Shown: positions 1-10,390, counted from the first letter of the stretch. The stretch: DNA of 64,000 bases from Thermodesulfobacteriota bacterium (GCA_963422265.1 OY729416.1:27998-91997), one strand, 5' to 3'. Notes: a model not told the origin generated them from the sequence alone. A program made the numbers and translations.

Positions 1-71
1 AAATGAGTGTCCATGCAGGTCTAGCAAAGAGGGCAAAGTCTCTTGTCAAGCTCTGAGGTTAGTAAAGGATA

Positions 72-207
72 ATCCCCTCCTTTTGTAAAGGAGGGATAGG
101 GTGGATTTTCTTTTTGTTTGTAGGGGCGACTCTTGTGGTCGCCCAAAGGTGTGAAGGCAAGGTAACCACAAGGGTTACCCCTACGAAAAGATGGAAGGGG
201 TGGGAAT
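72..207. repeat. Composite REP-like cluster (CCCTCC/GGAGGG hairpin plus inverted GTAG-type REP doublet)
   Basis: cccctccttttgtaaaggaggg followed by gtaggggcgactcttgtggtcgccc...ggtaaccacaagggttacccctac; the same motifs recur across the window. Confidence 0.85.
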
Positions 208-229
208 GGTGGAAGTAGGAGAAATCTAT

Positions 230-1375
230 TTAGACCTTTACTCTGAACCTTTTAGGGTACTTGGTAAGATTAACGCATCCATTATCTTCAACCAAGACTA
301 CGTCCTCAATCCGCACGCCGCCGAGCTTTTCATAGTAAAGTCCAGGCTCTACAGTTACCACGTTGCCCGTTTGGAGTGTCTCGTCCGTCGAGCCTAGTCT
401 GGGAGGCTCATGGATTTCAAGACCTAGCCCATGGCCGGTCGAGTGTATGAATCCCTGCGCTCTTCCGTTGGCGTTTTCGGTTGTAAAGCCGTGGCTATCA
501 AAATAATCCATCACGGCGCCGTGTATGTCGCTTGCCTTAACACCGTCCTTAATCAGTCCGATAGCTAGTTTTTGCCCCCTAAGCACCGTATTATACATCT
601 TTATCAATTCCTTTGATGGCTCACCCCTGATAATGGTCCTAGTCATATCTCCAAAATATCCCGTGTCCTGCGATCTAGGGAATATATCAATAACTACTGG
701 CTTGTCGGCGTAAATAACTCCCTTGCCGCTGTGGTGAGGCATAGAAGAATGTCCTCCGCACGAGACGATAGTATGAGAAGCGATAAACCCCGCTTTGGAA
801 AGCTCGGCGCTTATTTCACCCTTTACCATTTCAGACGTTAGCGCCTGACCATTGACGTATAGCTTGTTCTTTTTTATTTGAGATGAGGCAATTAGCCTTA
901 TGGCAACGTCCATAGACCTTGCGGTTTTACGTAGGGCGTCCTTTATAAAGCTGACTTCCTCGTCGTTTTTCTTTAGTCTTTCCTGAAAAAGCGGCTCTTT
1001 GCTCTTAGGCGTGATTGTGTAACCTAGTTTTCTAAGTTCGTCGGCGTATTTTATAGGGAAACTGCCCGGGACGATCGCTTTCTTTATCTCCCTTTCGCTA
1101 AGCGCTAAGTCCACTACATCAACCAAACCGAGGCGTTTACGTCCTTTAGATACGAGCCTTTTATAATAATCGGTTAGTGAAAGCACAGTGTCAACGGAGG
1201 CTTCACTCTTACCCCTATCCAGCTCAAGGTCGCTTAAGATAAGTATCTTCTCCCCATTATGTTCTATGTATATGATGGGGTCGGGCGCAAAAAACTTCGT
1301 TCTATAGTAAAGATCGGCGCTGTTTTCACTCGTGTCAATTATCAGAAGGGTTTCCGTTTTCATTTTTCTTACCAT
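230..1375 (-). CDS. Xaa-Pro aminopeptidase (M24 family)
   Basis: M24 metal-ligand motifs IDIFPR, GDMTRT, HSTGHGLGLEIHE, EPGLY, RIED. Confidence 0.93.
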   Translation of the reverse strand: MVRKMKTETLLIIDTSENSADLYYRTKFFAPDPIIYIEHNGEKILILSDLELDRGKSEASVDTVLSLTDYYKRLVSKGRKRLGLVDVVDLALSEREIKKAIVPGSFPIKYADELRKLGYTITPKSKEPLFQERLKKNDEEVSFIKDALRKTARSMDVAIRLIASSQIKKNKLYVNGQALTSEMVKGEISAELSKAGFIASHTIVSCGGHSSMPHHSGKGVIYADKPVVIDIFPRSQDTGYFGDMTRTIIRGEPSKELIKMYNTVLRGQKLAIGLIKDGVKASDIHGAVMDYFDSHGFTTENANGRAQGFIHSTGHGLGLEIHEPPRLGSTDETLQTGNVVTVEPGLYYEKLGGVRIEDVVLVEDNGCVNLTKYPKRFRVKV

Positions 1376-1480
1376 CTTTTTTGAGTCTTACTGTGCACTT
1401 GTCGGACGCCGTGCCTAGAACACTATACATAAAAGTAGATTGAAGTATCAAGGGGTGGTGGGATGGTGGATCTTTTTACT

Positions 1481-2135
1481 TGTAGGGGCGCGACCCTAGC
1501 GATGTCCTGAGCCTGTTGAAGGGTGGTCGCCTTAAGGCGTGGTGGAGATGGGTAACCACAAGGGTTACCCCTACGAAAAGATGGGAGGGGTGGGAATGAC
1601 GAGGGTATGTGTGAGTATAAGGGATGATTGATCTTCCCTGATGTTCTATCAAATCCCCCTTAATCCCCCTTTAGTAAAGGGGGAAAAGTGTGGGATATTC
1701 CCCTCCTGTTTATAAAGGAGGGATAGGTGGTTACTTTTTGTTTGTAGAGGTGGCTATTGTGGTCGCCCTGAGGTGTGGTGGAGATGTGTAACCACAAGAG
1801 TTACCCCTACGAAAAGATGGTAGGGGTGAGAATGACGAGGGTATGTGTGAGTATAAGTGATGATTGATCTTCCCTGATGTTCTATCAAATCCCCCTTAAT
1901 CCCTTAGAAAAGGGGGAATGTGTGAGGAAGGGGTTACCCCTACGAAAAGATGGGAGGGGTTACGAGGGTATGTGTGAGTATAAGTGATGATTGATCTTCC
2001 CTGATGTTCTATCAAATCCCCCTTAATCCCCCTTTAGAAAAGGGGGAATGTGTGAGGAAGGGGTTACCCCTACGAAAAGATGGGAGGGGTGGATACGAAG
2101 GAACTGGATTCCCAATCAAGTTGGGAATGACGGGG
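1481..2135. repeat. Tandem array of composite palindromic repeats (left flank of PIN module)
   Basis: g(g/a)gttacccctacgaaaagatgg occurs 4 times and gagggtatgtgtgagtataag..gatcttccctgatgttctatcaaatcccccttaatccc 3 times; ends in ggattcccaatcaagttgggaatgac. Confidence 0.9.
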
Positions 2136-2238
2136 GAGTTGACCTGCCCGCAGTTTTCAGGTTCAATGGGGTTTATGCTGGACATGCTCGCGCTCGTTGT
2201 GAGATTGGTTACAGAGTAAAAAGAGGAGGAGCTTGGTT

Positions 2239-3078
2239 ATGGGTAGTCAGAGGATTATCTTCAGTATAGAGGGTCCCAAGGAAAATAATAGTCACTTGGA
2301 ATTATCAGTTTTTACAGAGAAAATCGGACATTTTCTCGCTCTGTTGAATGAAAATGCAAGAGAAAGCAGTGAAGAAGGGGTTGAGTTTCACATTACTCAC
2401 CTCTCCCATTCCAGCCCCGCGACAATAGAATGCGAGACAGTAACAAGGGAAATAGGGGATGCAGGTGCAAAAGAATGTATTGACACTAGCGCCTTTGAAA
2501 CACTTGATAAAAATCTTAATTATATAAAAGAGGGGAACACCAACAAGCTTTCTCCCCCTGTTTTATCCACTATGGAGAGACTATCAAAATTCAACCCTAC
2601 AAAAGTCGCGCGAGCTGAGTTACAACTTGTTAGAGGTGATGGAAGGGGTAAAACTGTTTATAGATTAGATGATAGATTCAAGGAGCAATTAAGCAATGCC
2701 CTATATAAGGAGGAAAGAGTTATTAGCACGATTGATGGGAAACTTGAGCAAATTAATATCCATAATAGAGCAAATACGTTCAGAATTTACCCTTCCTTAC
2801 CACCTGCCTCTCGCATCAGTTGCGAATTTCCGCAGGAGTTATTAGAGAAAGTGCAAAGTTCTTTAGGATATTTTGTTTCTGTTTCTGGTGAATGTCTTTA
2901 TCATCCTGATGCGGTGTTTCCTTACAAAATAATAGTTCAGGAAATGGCGGTATTGCCTCCGACTGAAGAACTTCCACATATGAAAGACCTTTTTGGTCTT
3001 GCCTCTGGTTGCACTAATGGCAAGAGTTCTGAGCAGTTTATAAGGGAGATGCGCGATAAGTGGAGCAGGGACGCTTAG
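2239..3078 (+). CDS. Uncharacterised ~280 aa protein, putative antitoxin/partner of the downstream PIN nuclease
   Basis: Long ORF with strong RBS (aagaggaggag) before ATG 2239 (TTG 2233 also possible); beta-rich C-terminal half; ends SSEQFIREMRDKW; stop overlaps the PIN start. Confidence 0.8.
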   Translation: MGSQRIIFSIEGPKENNSHLELSVFTEKIGHFLALLNENARESSEEGVEFHITHLSHSSPATIECETVTREIGDAGAKECIDTSAFETLDKNLNYIKEGNTNKLSPPVLSTMERLSKFNPTKVARAELQLVRGDGRGKTVYRLDDRFKEQLSNALYKEERVISTIDGKLEQINIHNRANTFRIYPSLPPASRISCEFPQELLEKVQSSLGYFVSVSGECLYHPDAVFPYKIIVQEMAVLPPTEELPHMKDLFGLASGCTNGKSSEQFIREMRDKWSRDA

Positions 3079-3551
3079 TGAAAAAAGGATTAATCTACTG
3101 GGACTCATCGGTTTTAATTAGTTATATTAGAGGAGACGAAGAAGAGAACAGGAATCGGGATATGAATTCCGTTGTGGAGATCATTGAAAAGGGGTTCTAC
3201 AAATTGGTAGTTTCTACCTTGCTATACGTGGAAATTCTTGAGAGCAAAATGCCAGGGGACTCTATTAAACGGTTTGAAAAATTTATGCAAAACAGAGAAA
3301 AGATAGAGGTGGTTGCAGTTGATATTCGCGTTGCCAAGAAAGCACAGGTAATACGCAATAGCACAAAGATAAAAACGCCTGACGCTATTCACTTAGCTAC
3401 GGCAATTGTCAGCGGAGCGAAGCTATTTCATACCTTTGATAAAGAACTGCTTCAGCTAAGTGGTAAGGGTGTTGTGGAAAGTATTCCCATAACGGCTTGC
3501 TACATATCTGGAATAAATCGTGACCTCTTTAACCACTCTAATAATCCATAA
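3078..3551 (+). CDS. PIN-domain (VapC-like) ribonuclease
   Basis: Acidic tetrad in context IYWDSSVL, STLLYVE, KTPDAIHLATA, HTFD; GTG 3078 overlaps the upstream TAG (TAGTG). Confidence 0.9.
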   Translation: MKKGLIYWDSSVLISYIRGDEEENRNRDMNSVVEIIEKGFYKLVVSTLLYVEILESKMPGDSIKRFEKFMQNREKIEVVAVDIRVAKKAQVIRNSTKIKTPDAIHLATAIVSGAKLFHTFDKELLQLSGKGVVESIPITACYISGINRDLFNHSNNP

Positions 3552-3629
3552 ACAAAAAAGACCTGAGTTTTTTCAAGTTCAAGGCTCTTTATGAAATCTC
3601 GCTGGGTTAGCTATGAGGTAGATAAGGTG

Positions 3630-4590
3630 AGGGTAACCACAAGGATTACCCCTACGAAAAGATGGGAGGGGTGGGAATGACGAGGGTATGTGTGAGTATA
3701 AGGGATGATTGATCTTCCCTTATGCTCTATCAAATCCCCCTTAATCCCCCTTTAGTAAAGGGGGAAAAGATAAGATTTTTCGGTTGTATTTTTCCCTTAG
3801 GTAGGTTCAGGGATTAGGCTTTTGTAAAGGAGGGATAGGGTGGATTTTTTTTTGTTTGTAGAAGGGAGGTGTGGTGGAATTAACCCCTTTTGTAAAGGAG
3901 GGATAGGGTGGATTTTCTTTTTGTTTGTAGGGGTGGCTATTGTGGTTGCCCTGAGGTGTGGTGGAGATGGATAACCACAAGGGTTATCCCTACGAAAAGA
4001 TGGGAGGGGTGGGAATGACGAGGGTATGTGTGAGTATAAGGGATGATTGATCTTCCCTGATGTTCTATAAAATCCCCTTGTATCCCCCTTTTCTAAAGGG
4101 GGAAAAGACAAGATTTCTCGGTTGTATTTTTCCCTTAGGTAGGTTCAGGGATTAGGCAAGGGAATTCCCCTCCTTTTGTAAAGGAGGGATAGTGTGGATT
4201 TTCTTTTTGTTTGTAGGGGTGGCTATTGTGGTCGCCCTGAGGTGTGGTGGAGATGTGATAACCACAAGAGTTACCCCTACGAAAAGATGGGAGGGGTGGG
4301 AATGACGAGGGTATATGTGAGTATAAGGGATGGTTGATCTTCCCTGATGCTCTATCAAATCCCCCTTAATCCCCCTTTTCTAAAGGGGGAAAAGATAAGA
4401 TTTTTCGGTTGTATTTTTCCCTTAGGTAGGTTCAGGGATTAGGCAAGGATATTCCCCTCCTTTTATAAAGGAGGGATAGTGTGGATTTACTTTTTGTTTG
4501 TAGAGGTGGCTATTGTGGTCGCCCTGAGGTGTGGTGGAGATGGATAACCACAAGGGTTACCCCTACGAAAAGATGAGGTAGGGGTAGGTT
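3630..4590. repeat. Tandem array of ~285-340 bp composite palindromic units (right flank of PIN module)
   Basis: accacaag..tta(c/t)ccctacgaaaagatg at ~3636, 3974, 4261, 4546, with near-identical intervening sequence. Confidence 0.92.
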
Positions 4591-4609
4591 ACCATGAGCG
4601 TTCCCAACT

Positions 4610-5608
4610 TTACATCAAATAGCTTTGGAGCAATAAAGCTAGTCCTAGGAAAGTAAATATGCTTACTACTTGGGTTATGGTGGTTACGATTATGGCGGAG
4701 GACAGAGCTGGATCCATGCCCAAGCTCTTCATAATTATCGGGATCAGGGCGCCCGTTGGTCCTGCCGTTATCAGCGTTATAGTCATAGCGCAGCCTATAA
4801 CCAACCCAAGGTAAGGATTCCCCTGCCATAGCCAAGAGGCGGCTCCAATTACTATGCCCAGTATAACCCCGCTTATAAGCGCTAGCTTGGTTTCTTTAAG
4901 TATTAGCTTAAAAGCGTTTTCCTTTGAGACTTCTCTCATCGTCAGACCCCTCATAGTTACGGCGAGAGATTGAGACGCCGAGTTGGCGGCTTGGTCAGTA
5001 ATCACTGGTATAAATATCGCAAGCGCCGTTATTTTAGCGATTAAACCCTCAAACATAGAGACGACTATTCCTGCAAGGAAAGCGGCAAGCAGATTTACGT
5101 GTAGCCACGGAAGTCGTTTGCTAAGAGAGAACTTTACGGAGGAGAATGCCCTTTCAGAAGCGCCTACGCCAAACATCTTTTGAATACCTTCAGAGACCCT
5201 TTTAGTCTCTTCGTCCATCAACTGATGCGTAGTTATTATTCCCAACAGGTGATTCTCATCGTCAACGACGGGTGCGGCGAAGTATCCCGTGTTTGACAAT
5301 TGCTCTGCTACCCGATTCCTATCGGCAAACGCGTTTATTGAAAAGACGTTTTTAATCATTATTTCGTTCAGCGTTGCTTCAGGGTCAGCCAGAATCAGGT
5401 CTCTCATATTTAACACGCCTACTAGGTGATTTTCTGAGTCAATTACATAGACGTATGAAGTGGGATTCTGGGCGTGGGTAATCCACCTGAGCTTTTCAAT
5501 GGTTTCCATAACCCTGAGCTCTTTGTGAAAGCAAATCGCGTTAGGGCTCATTATCCCGCCGGCACTTCCCTCGGGATAAGCGGTAGTTTTATTTGGTTCT
5601 TCCGTCAT
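4610..5608 (-). CDS. mgtE: MgtE-family magnesium transporter (CBS pair plus MgtE membrane domain, no N-domain)
   Basis: YPEGSAGGIMS, YVYVID..HLVGVL, RLPWLHVNL, MDPALSS, hydrophobic C-terminal half. Confidence 0.88.
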   Translation of the reverse strand: MTEEPNKTTAYPEGSAGGIMSPNAICFHKELRVMETIEKLRWITHAQNPTSYVYVIDSENHLVGVLNMRDLILADPEATLNEIMIKNVFSINAFADRNRVAEQLSNTGYFAAPVVDDENHLLGIITTHQLMDEETKRVSEGIQKMFGVGASERAFSSVKFSLSKRLPWLHVNLLAAFLAGIVVSMFEGLIAKITALAIFIPVITDQAANSASQSLAVTMRGLTMREVSKENAFKLILKETKLALISGVILGIVIGAASWLWQGNPYLGLVIGCAMTITLITAGPTGALIPIIMKSLGMDPALSSAIIVTTITQVVSIFTFLGLALLLQSYLM

Positions 5609-5721
5609 GTCGTAGGGTTGGCTCTTCCTCTCTGCTCCGCCATAGCGTTTGTAGGCGTTTGGCTAGGGACGGACGGCTGCGCTAGGACATGCTAGCGCGA
5701 CCGTTGCTAAACTAATGACAA

Positions 5722-5796
5722 TGGCTGGGCCGGGAGGGCTCGAACCTCCACAGCAGGCTCCAAAGGCCTGAGTCCTACCAATTAGACGACGGCCCA
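5722..5796 (-). tRNA. tRNA-Gln(TTG)
   Basis: Reverse complement TGGGCCG..CAGGC-CT-TTG-GA-GCCTG..GGTTCGAGCC..CGGCCCA-G-CCA folds as a cloverleaf with encoded CCA. Confidence 0.95.
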
Positions 5797-6058
5797 ACGT
5801 TTTAAGGCAATGTCTAGTTGTTGGTTAGCTAATAACTCATGTACGAAAGCATCCGCGGGAACATAGAAATAACAATGCCATGATGTTACCAAGATTTTGT
5901 TTGCTAAGCAAGAGCCGTTCCTTCCATGTCTTTGGTAGCTTCCCATGTCTTTGGCAGCTTCAATGGACAGGGGGGGTAGAGTTAAACCCCATGCGATGCC
6001 AATCTGAGCGACGCCAATCTGACGCCGAGCAAGGAAAGGGGGAAAAAGAATGAAGCGT

Positions 6059-7018
6059 CTAGCCTATAAGGAGGTTGCCGTCTTTCATTATTAGGCGATC
6101 GTCAACCGTTACCGTGGGCGACGTTACGACCCCATCTAGGTGGCTTGCGACCCTTACTGTCCCGCCCATGCTTTTGTTATCTCCGAACGCAACGTGGATA
6201 GTTCCTATAGCCTTCTCATCTTCAAGAACGTTTCCCGTTATAATGGCTTTGTCGTGGGTTCCTATGCCGAGCTCCGCAAGGTTAAAGGCGAGTTTGCCAA
6301 AGGGCTGCATTATGGAGTAGAGCTTTTGCGCTCCTTTGCCCCCCGTAATGTCGGTGGCGTATCCATCCTCGACCTTTACCCTTATTACCTCATCCTCGAG
6401 CTTGCCTACGCCAGCCATTGATCCATCGAATACAACGACCCCGTTTGATGCGCCCTCAATAGGTGCCAAGTAAGCCTCTCCCGCGGGGAGATTGCTAAAG
6501 TCGCCCGGGTTGTGGTTCAGCCCCGTGTCAGGAAGTCCATCCCTTCCTTCTATCGTTATATCTAGGTCTGTCCCGCTTTTGGTTGTGATTTTGACCTTTG
6601 AGCCTTTGGTTATGATTTCCGCTATCCTGACGCTTCTTTCAGCTATCAGCTCGTAGTCGGCGTTTAACGTCCTTATCATCACGTCGCGCGTAATGCCCGG
6701 AAGGGTAGCAATTCTTACGCCAATTCTGCTCGCCTCTCTACGTGAATCGGTATGGCTCAACGATTTTGAAGTCGGGATTAGGATTACGTCAACCGATTTC
6801 ATTAAGTCCGCTATAGGTTTTGGGGGCTCTTCTCCGTGTGATTCTCTGGGGATTATTTCGGCTACAATCGCTTCAGCTCCCAACTCTTTAGCCGCTTGCC
6901 ATAGGGCATAACCGATTTCCCTTGCGGGTTCGTCAGTTATTACGAGCGTCTTCTCTCCCCTTTTTACCGCCATGCAGTCTCGGACGGCGATCAGCGCCGA
7001 GTTTCTAAACTCGTCCAT
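6059..7018 (-). CDS. Leucyl aminopeptidase / aminopeptidase T-like metallopeptidase (M29-like)
   Basis: NLPAGEAY, NLAELGIG, LEDEK.IGT.H.AFG, SHLD motifs; GGAGG RBS before ATG 7018. Confidence 0.88.
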   Translation of the reverse strand: MDEFRNSALIAVRDCMAVKRGEKTLVITDEPAREIGYALWQAAKELGAEAIVAEIIPRESHGEEPPKPIADLMKSVDVILIPTSKSLSHTDSRREASRIGVRIATLPGITRDVMIRTLNADYELIAERSVRIAEIITKGSKVKITTKSGTDLDITIEGRDGLPDTGLNHNPGDFSNLPAGEAYLAPIEGASNGVVVFDGSMAGVGKLEDEVIRVKVEDGYATDITGGKGAQKLYSIMQPFGKLAFNLAELGIGTHDKAIITGNVLEDEKAIGTIHVAFGDNKSMGGTVRVASHLDGVVTSPTVTVDDRLIMKDGNLLIG

Positions 7019-7089
7019 ATTGTAAGCCTCCAATAGATAAAATCGTATTTCTTAAAGGCTGGATTTCTTGGCTTGGCGTAATCAATCCC

Positions 7090-8067
7090 TTATTCTATCA
7101 AGTCTAATTCTTTTACGCGTCTCACCCTTTCAGCCCTAATTTCTTTTCTTGCCTGCGCTTTCTTCCACAGTCTAATCTCTTCCGGGGTCTCAGGATTAAA
7201 TTCAGGCACGGGCTTGGGTCTTCCATCATTTCCCACGTGAACGAAGCTTAGGAAGGCGGTGCACGTGTGTTTCTGCTCGCCAGTCATAACGTTCTCTGAC
7301 AGCACCTTGATTCCTACCTCGAGCGAAGTGCGTCCTACGTATGTAATTCCTGCCTTGAATATGATAATGTCTCCTACTTTAATGGGGGAATAAAAGTAAA
7401 GATTGTCAAGGGAGCCTGTAACCATTATCCCTTTTACGAACCTCATGGCTAATATAGCGGCTGTCTCATCTATATCTAGCATAAGCTTGCCCACAGACAT
7501 AAAATTTCCATAAAAGCTGTCCTCGGGCATCACAACCTTAGTGGTTTCAAGTCGCTTTCGGACTATTTCAGTTTCATCGATTGTGCTCCTTGCCTGCTCA
7601 TTCCTCTTGCTTATTTCAGGCAACCTGCTTTCCCTTCTCTTTTGCGCCTGAGCGTAAATAGACGCCTCGTCCCCGTCAAAAGGGGTTATATTCTCGGTGA
7701 TGTTTCTTGTGTCTCCGTCTTTGTTCACAGCGACGAACGCCATGTGAGAATAGGTCGCCAGCTTTCTTTCACCTGTCTCAGGGTTTTCTGAATAGGCGGT
7801 TACGCCTATCTCCATGGAGCTTGAGCCTATGTATTCTATCCAACCATCTAGCGTGACGATTTCTCCCACCTTGACGGGATTTAGAAAATCAATGCTGTCG
7901 GTAGCACCCAAAACGGTGATGCCTTTGGCGGTTCGTGAGGAGTTGATGCTGCCCGCTAGCATAATCCAGTCCATCAACCTGCCTCCGTGGAGCGTCCCGT
8001 GCGTGTTAGCGTGTTCAGGAAAAACGAATTGAACCATCCTATTCCTGGTTTCTTTTATCGACGGCAT
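7090..8067 (-). CDS. Acyl-CoA thioesterase (double hotdog fold)
   Basis: HANTHGTLHGG and a second repeat FYGNFMSVG; two F..P.KVG motifs. Confidence 0.9.
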   Translation of the reverse strand: MPSIKETRNRMVQFVFPEHANTHGTLHGGRLMDWIMLAGSINSSRTAKGITVLGATDSIDFLNPVKVGEIVTLDGWIEYIGSSSMEIGVTAYSENPETGERKLATYSHMAFVAVNKDGDTRNITENITPFDGDEASIYAQAQKRRESRLPEISKRNEQARSTIDETEIVRKRLETTKVVMPEDSFYGNFMSVGKLMLDIDETAAILAMRFVKGIMVTGSLDNLYFYSPIKVGDIIIFKAGITYVGRTSLEVGIKVLSENVMTGEQKHTCTAFLSFVHVGNDGRPKPVPEFNPETPEEIRLWKKAQARKEIRAERVRRVKELDLIE

Positions 8068-8175
8068 ACTATTTCTCGTAAGGGTTAATAATACTAAGAG
8101 TCAATACTATCAGTGATAATTTACACTAGAGATTGAATAAAGGATACAGATTAAGCTGTAGATAGATAATCAAAG

Positions 8176-8730
8176 TCAAATGAGAGACAATAAATCGCCT
8201 ATGTCAAATACGCGGTAGAACTGGATGCCCATCCCACGAAGCCTTGTTTCCGCCCCCTCTTTTCTATCTACTATGGCAAGCAGTTTCTCAACCTGAGCGC
8301 CGCGGTCTCGCACGGCTTCGATGGCTTTGATAACTGATCCCCCAGTTGTTACAACGTCTTCCACTATTGCGACCTTATCCCCGCGTTGCAAGTCGCCCTC
8401 TATCAGCCTTCCCGTTCCGTGCCCCTTTTCACTCTTGCGGACTAAAAACCCCTTCATTGGATAGTCCTGCTCGTAGCTTGTGGAGAGGACGGCACCCACT
8501 ATGGGGTCAGCTCCTATCGTAGGTCCACCCACGGCATTAATAGAAGAATCTTTTTTGATTTCCTCAAGGAATACCTTGCCTATTAGATTAACCCCTTCGG
8601 AGTCGAGAGTCGTGAGTCTAGCATCTATGTAATAATCACTTCTCTCACCAGAAGCTAGGGTAAAGTTGCCCCTTAGGATAGATTTCTCCTGCAAAATCTT
8701 CTTTAGCCTTTCTCTGTAGCTTAGAGACAT
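8176..8730 (-). CDS. pyrE: Orotate phosphoribosyltransferase
   Basis: FTLASG..SDYYID, VRK..KGHG, VEDVVTTGGS. Confidence 0.96.
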   Translation of the reverse strand: MSLSYRERLKKILQEKSILRGNFTLASGERSDYYIDARLTTLDSEGVNLIGKVFLEEIKKDSSINAVGGPTIGADPIVGAVLSTSYEQDYPMKGFLVRKSEKGHGTGRLIEGDLQRGDKVAIVEDVVTTGGSVIKAIEAVRDRGAQVEKLLAIVDRKEGAETRLRGMGIQFYRVFDIGDLLSLI

Positions 8731-9067
8731 TATGGGGGGAGAATTTACCCTCGCCTGCGCGTCGCTGTCAATAAAGTTCCTTGCCTCCGCTCACTGGTAT
8801 TTGATGCAGCAGTATGATGATATTTGTTCGGAGCAGGCAAGTTCATAATGGCGGTTATACGACTTCTTAACTCTATTTCCTATATGCAAATGAGGTGCGT
8901 AGAGGACGCGACGATATATCTCCACATATATTTTCTAAGTGGGGATTCGGGAGCATGCCTGACACGTGGACAAGCGTATGATACTATTCCCCCTAGTATT
9001 CTCCTTCATATTTGGATGTTTTATCGCTTCCCGTTAATTGCCTAGAAATGACTAGAAAAACCCGGAA

Positions 9068-10147
9068 ATGACTAGAAAAACAATGACTAGAGAAAAGGTA
9101 AATTTTAAGGAGATATTCGATTCGTTACCTGAATCTATAGTAATACTGGATAAGAATTTTTACGTTCAAGATATGAACGACAATGCCGAGTCTAAATTCA
9201 GAATATCACGAAAAAAGGCGCAGGGAAAGCCTTCGAGTGTCTTCATGCCCGAAGGGGTCGAGCGCGTAGCTAGAAGGGCGCTTGAAGAGGGTAGAACAGT
9301 GTTTGGAGACGCAATGCAGCCGCTTCTAAGAGATGGCAACAAAATCTCCATCCAGCCCGTAGCGTCACCCCTGTTTACAAAGCATGGCAGAATAAAAGGC
9401 GCCCTTGTAGAAATAAAAGACCTTACTGCAAGCAAGTTTCTAAATACCAAAAACGCGCAGGAGGTATCGGCTTCAGAGTTGGGTGACTTAGTGCAGGGGC
9501 TTGCGCATGAGCTAAAGAACCCTCTTAGCGGAATAAGAGGAGCCGCTCAACTGCTCGTCAATGACGCGGGCGACAAGGAGACTGTGAAGTGCGCTGAAAT
9601 AATAACTAAAGAAGTGGATAGGCTTCGGTCTCTTCTTGACACGCTAAGGCAGCTAGAACCCTTTGCCGAAGGGACGCTGGAGCCCATAGACGTCCACGAA
9701 ATACTTATGGAGATCGTATATCTCGAGCAGCAGACGGCATCAGCCTCCCACGTTACTTATAAACAAAACTACGACGTTACGCTACCCCCTATTCACGGCG
9801 ATATGAATTCGCTAAAGCAGGTTTTTTTGAACCTTATTAAAAATGCCTGCCAGTCAATTGACGGCGAGGGAATGATAGAGATTTCTACAAGGTGGCTTAC
9901 CGAGCACAAGCTAAAAGGTCAGAACTCATTGGTAGTGGAGATAAAGGATACTGGCAGGGGAATACTCGATAGCTCCCTGGACAAAATCTTTAGTCCCTTT
10001 TATACTACTAAGAAAGAAGGGTCGGGCTTTGGCTTGTTCCTCGCTTATCAGGTCGTAGCCAAGCACCGCGGGGCTATTCTAGTGGAGAGTGAGATGGGTA
10101 AAGGGACGACGTTCAAGGTCTATCTGCCTATAACGAGCACAGTTTGA
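9068..10147 (+). CDS. ntrB: PAS-domain histidine kinase, NtrB/GlnL-like
   Basis: GLAHELKNPLSGIRGAAQLL H-box, QVFLNLIKNA, DTGRG, FYTTK, GSGFGL. Confidence 0.82.
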   Translation: MTRKTMTREKVNFKEIFDSLPESIVILDKNFYVQDMNDNAESKFRISRKKAQGKPSSVFMPEGVERVARRALEEGRTVFGDAMQPLLRDGNKISIQPVASPLFTKHGRIKGALVEIKDLTASKFLNTKNAQEVSASELGDLVQGLAHELKNPLSGIRGAAQLLVNDAGDKETVKCAEIITKEVDRLRSLLDTLRQLEPFAEGTLEPIDVHEILMEIVYLEQQTASASHVTYKQNYDVTLPPIHGDMNSLKQVFLNLIKNACQSIDGEGMIEISTRWLTEHKLKGQNSLVVEIKDTGRGILDSSLDKIFSPFYTTKKEGSGFGLFLAYQVVAKHRGAILVESEMGKGTTFKVYLPITSTV

Positions 10148-10390
10148 AAGCACGTTCCTGTATGTATTAAGCGAGGGCAGGGGTGTCCAGGGGGTATGTG
10201 TAAAGGGAAGTCTGAATTGTTCCCTGCTTTTGTGGTTGCCCTGAGGTATGGTGGAGATGGGTAACCACAAGGGTTACCCCTACAGGTGATGGAAAGGCGG
10301 GAATGATGGAGAAGCACTCTCGCCCTGTATCCCTCTCCCTACTGGGAGAGGGGAATATAAAGAAACTTGATTGGGAAGGGTTACCCCTAA
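10145..10390. repeat. Composite repeat block at the 3' boundary of FN3 gene 1
   Basis: tgaaagcacgttcctgtatgtattaagcgagggcagg, then a GTAG REP and ccctctccc..gggagaggg hairpin; nearly identical to 14547-14793. Confidence 0.9.

Noticed and set aside
2004-4358. Short ORFs within the repeat arrays (2004, 2048, 3797, 4152) and similar ORFs at 10079, 10120, 18160 and 50208
   Set aside because: Translations of palindromic repeats with no coding signal
1481-4590. CRISPR array
   Set aside because: Units are 130-340 bp with near-identical intervening sequence, no unique spacers and no cas genes
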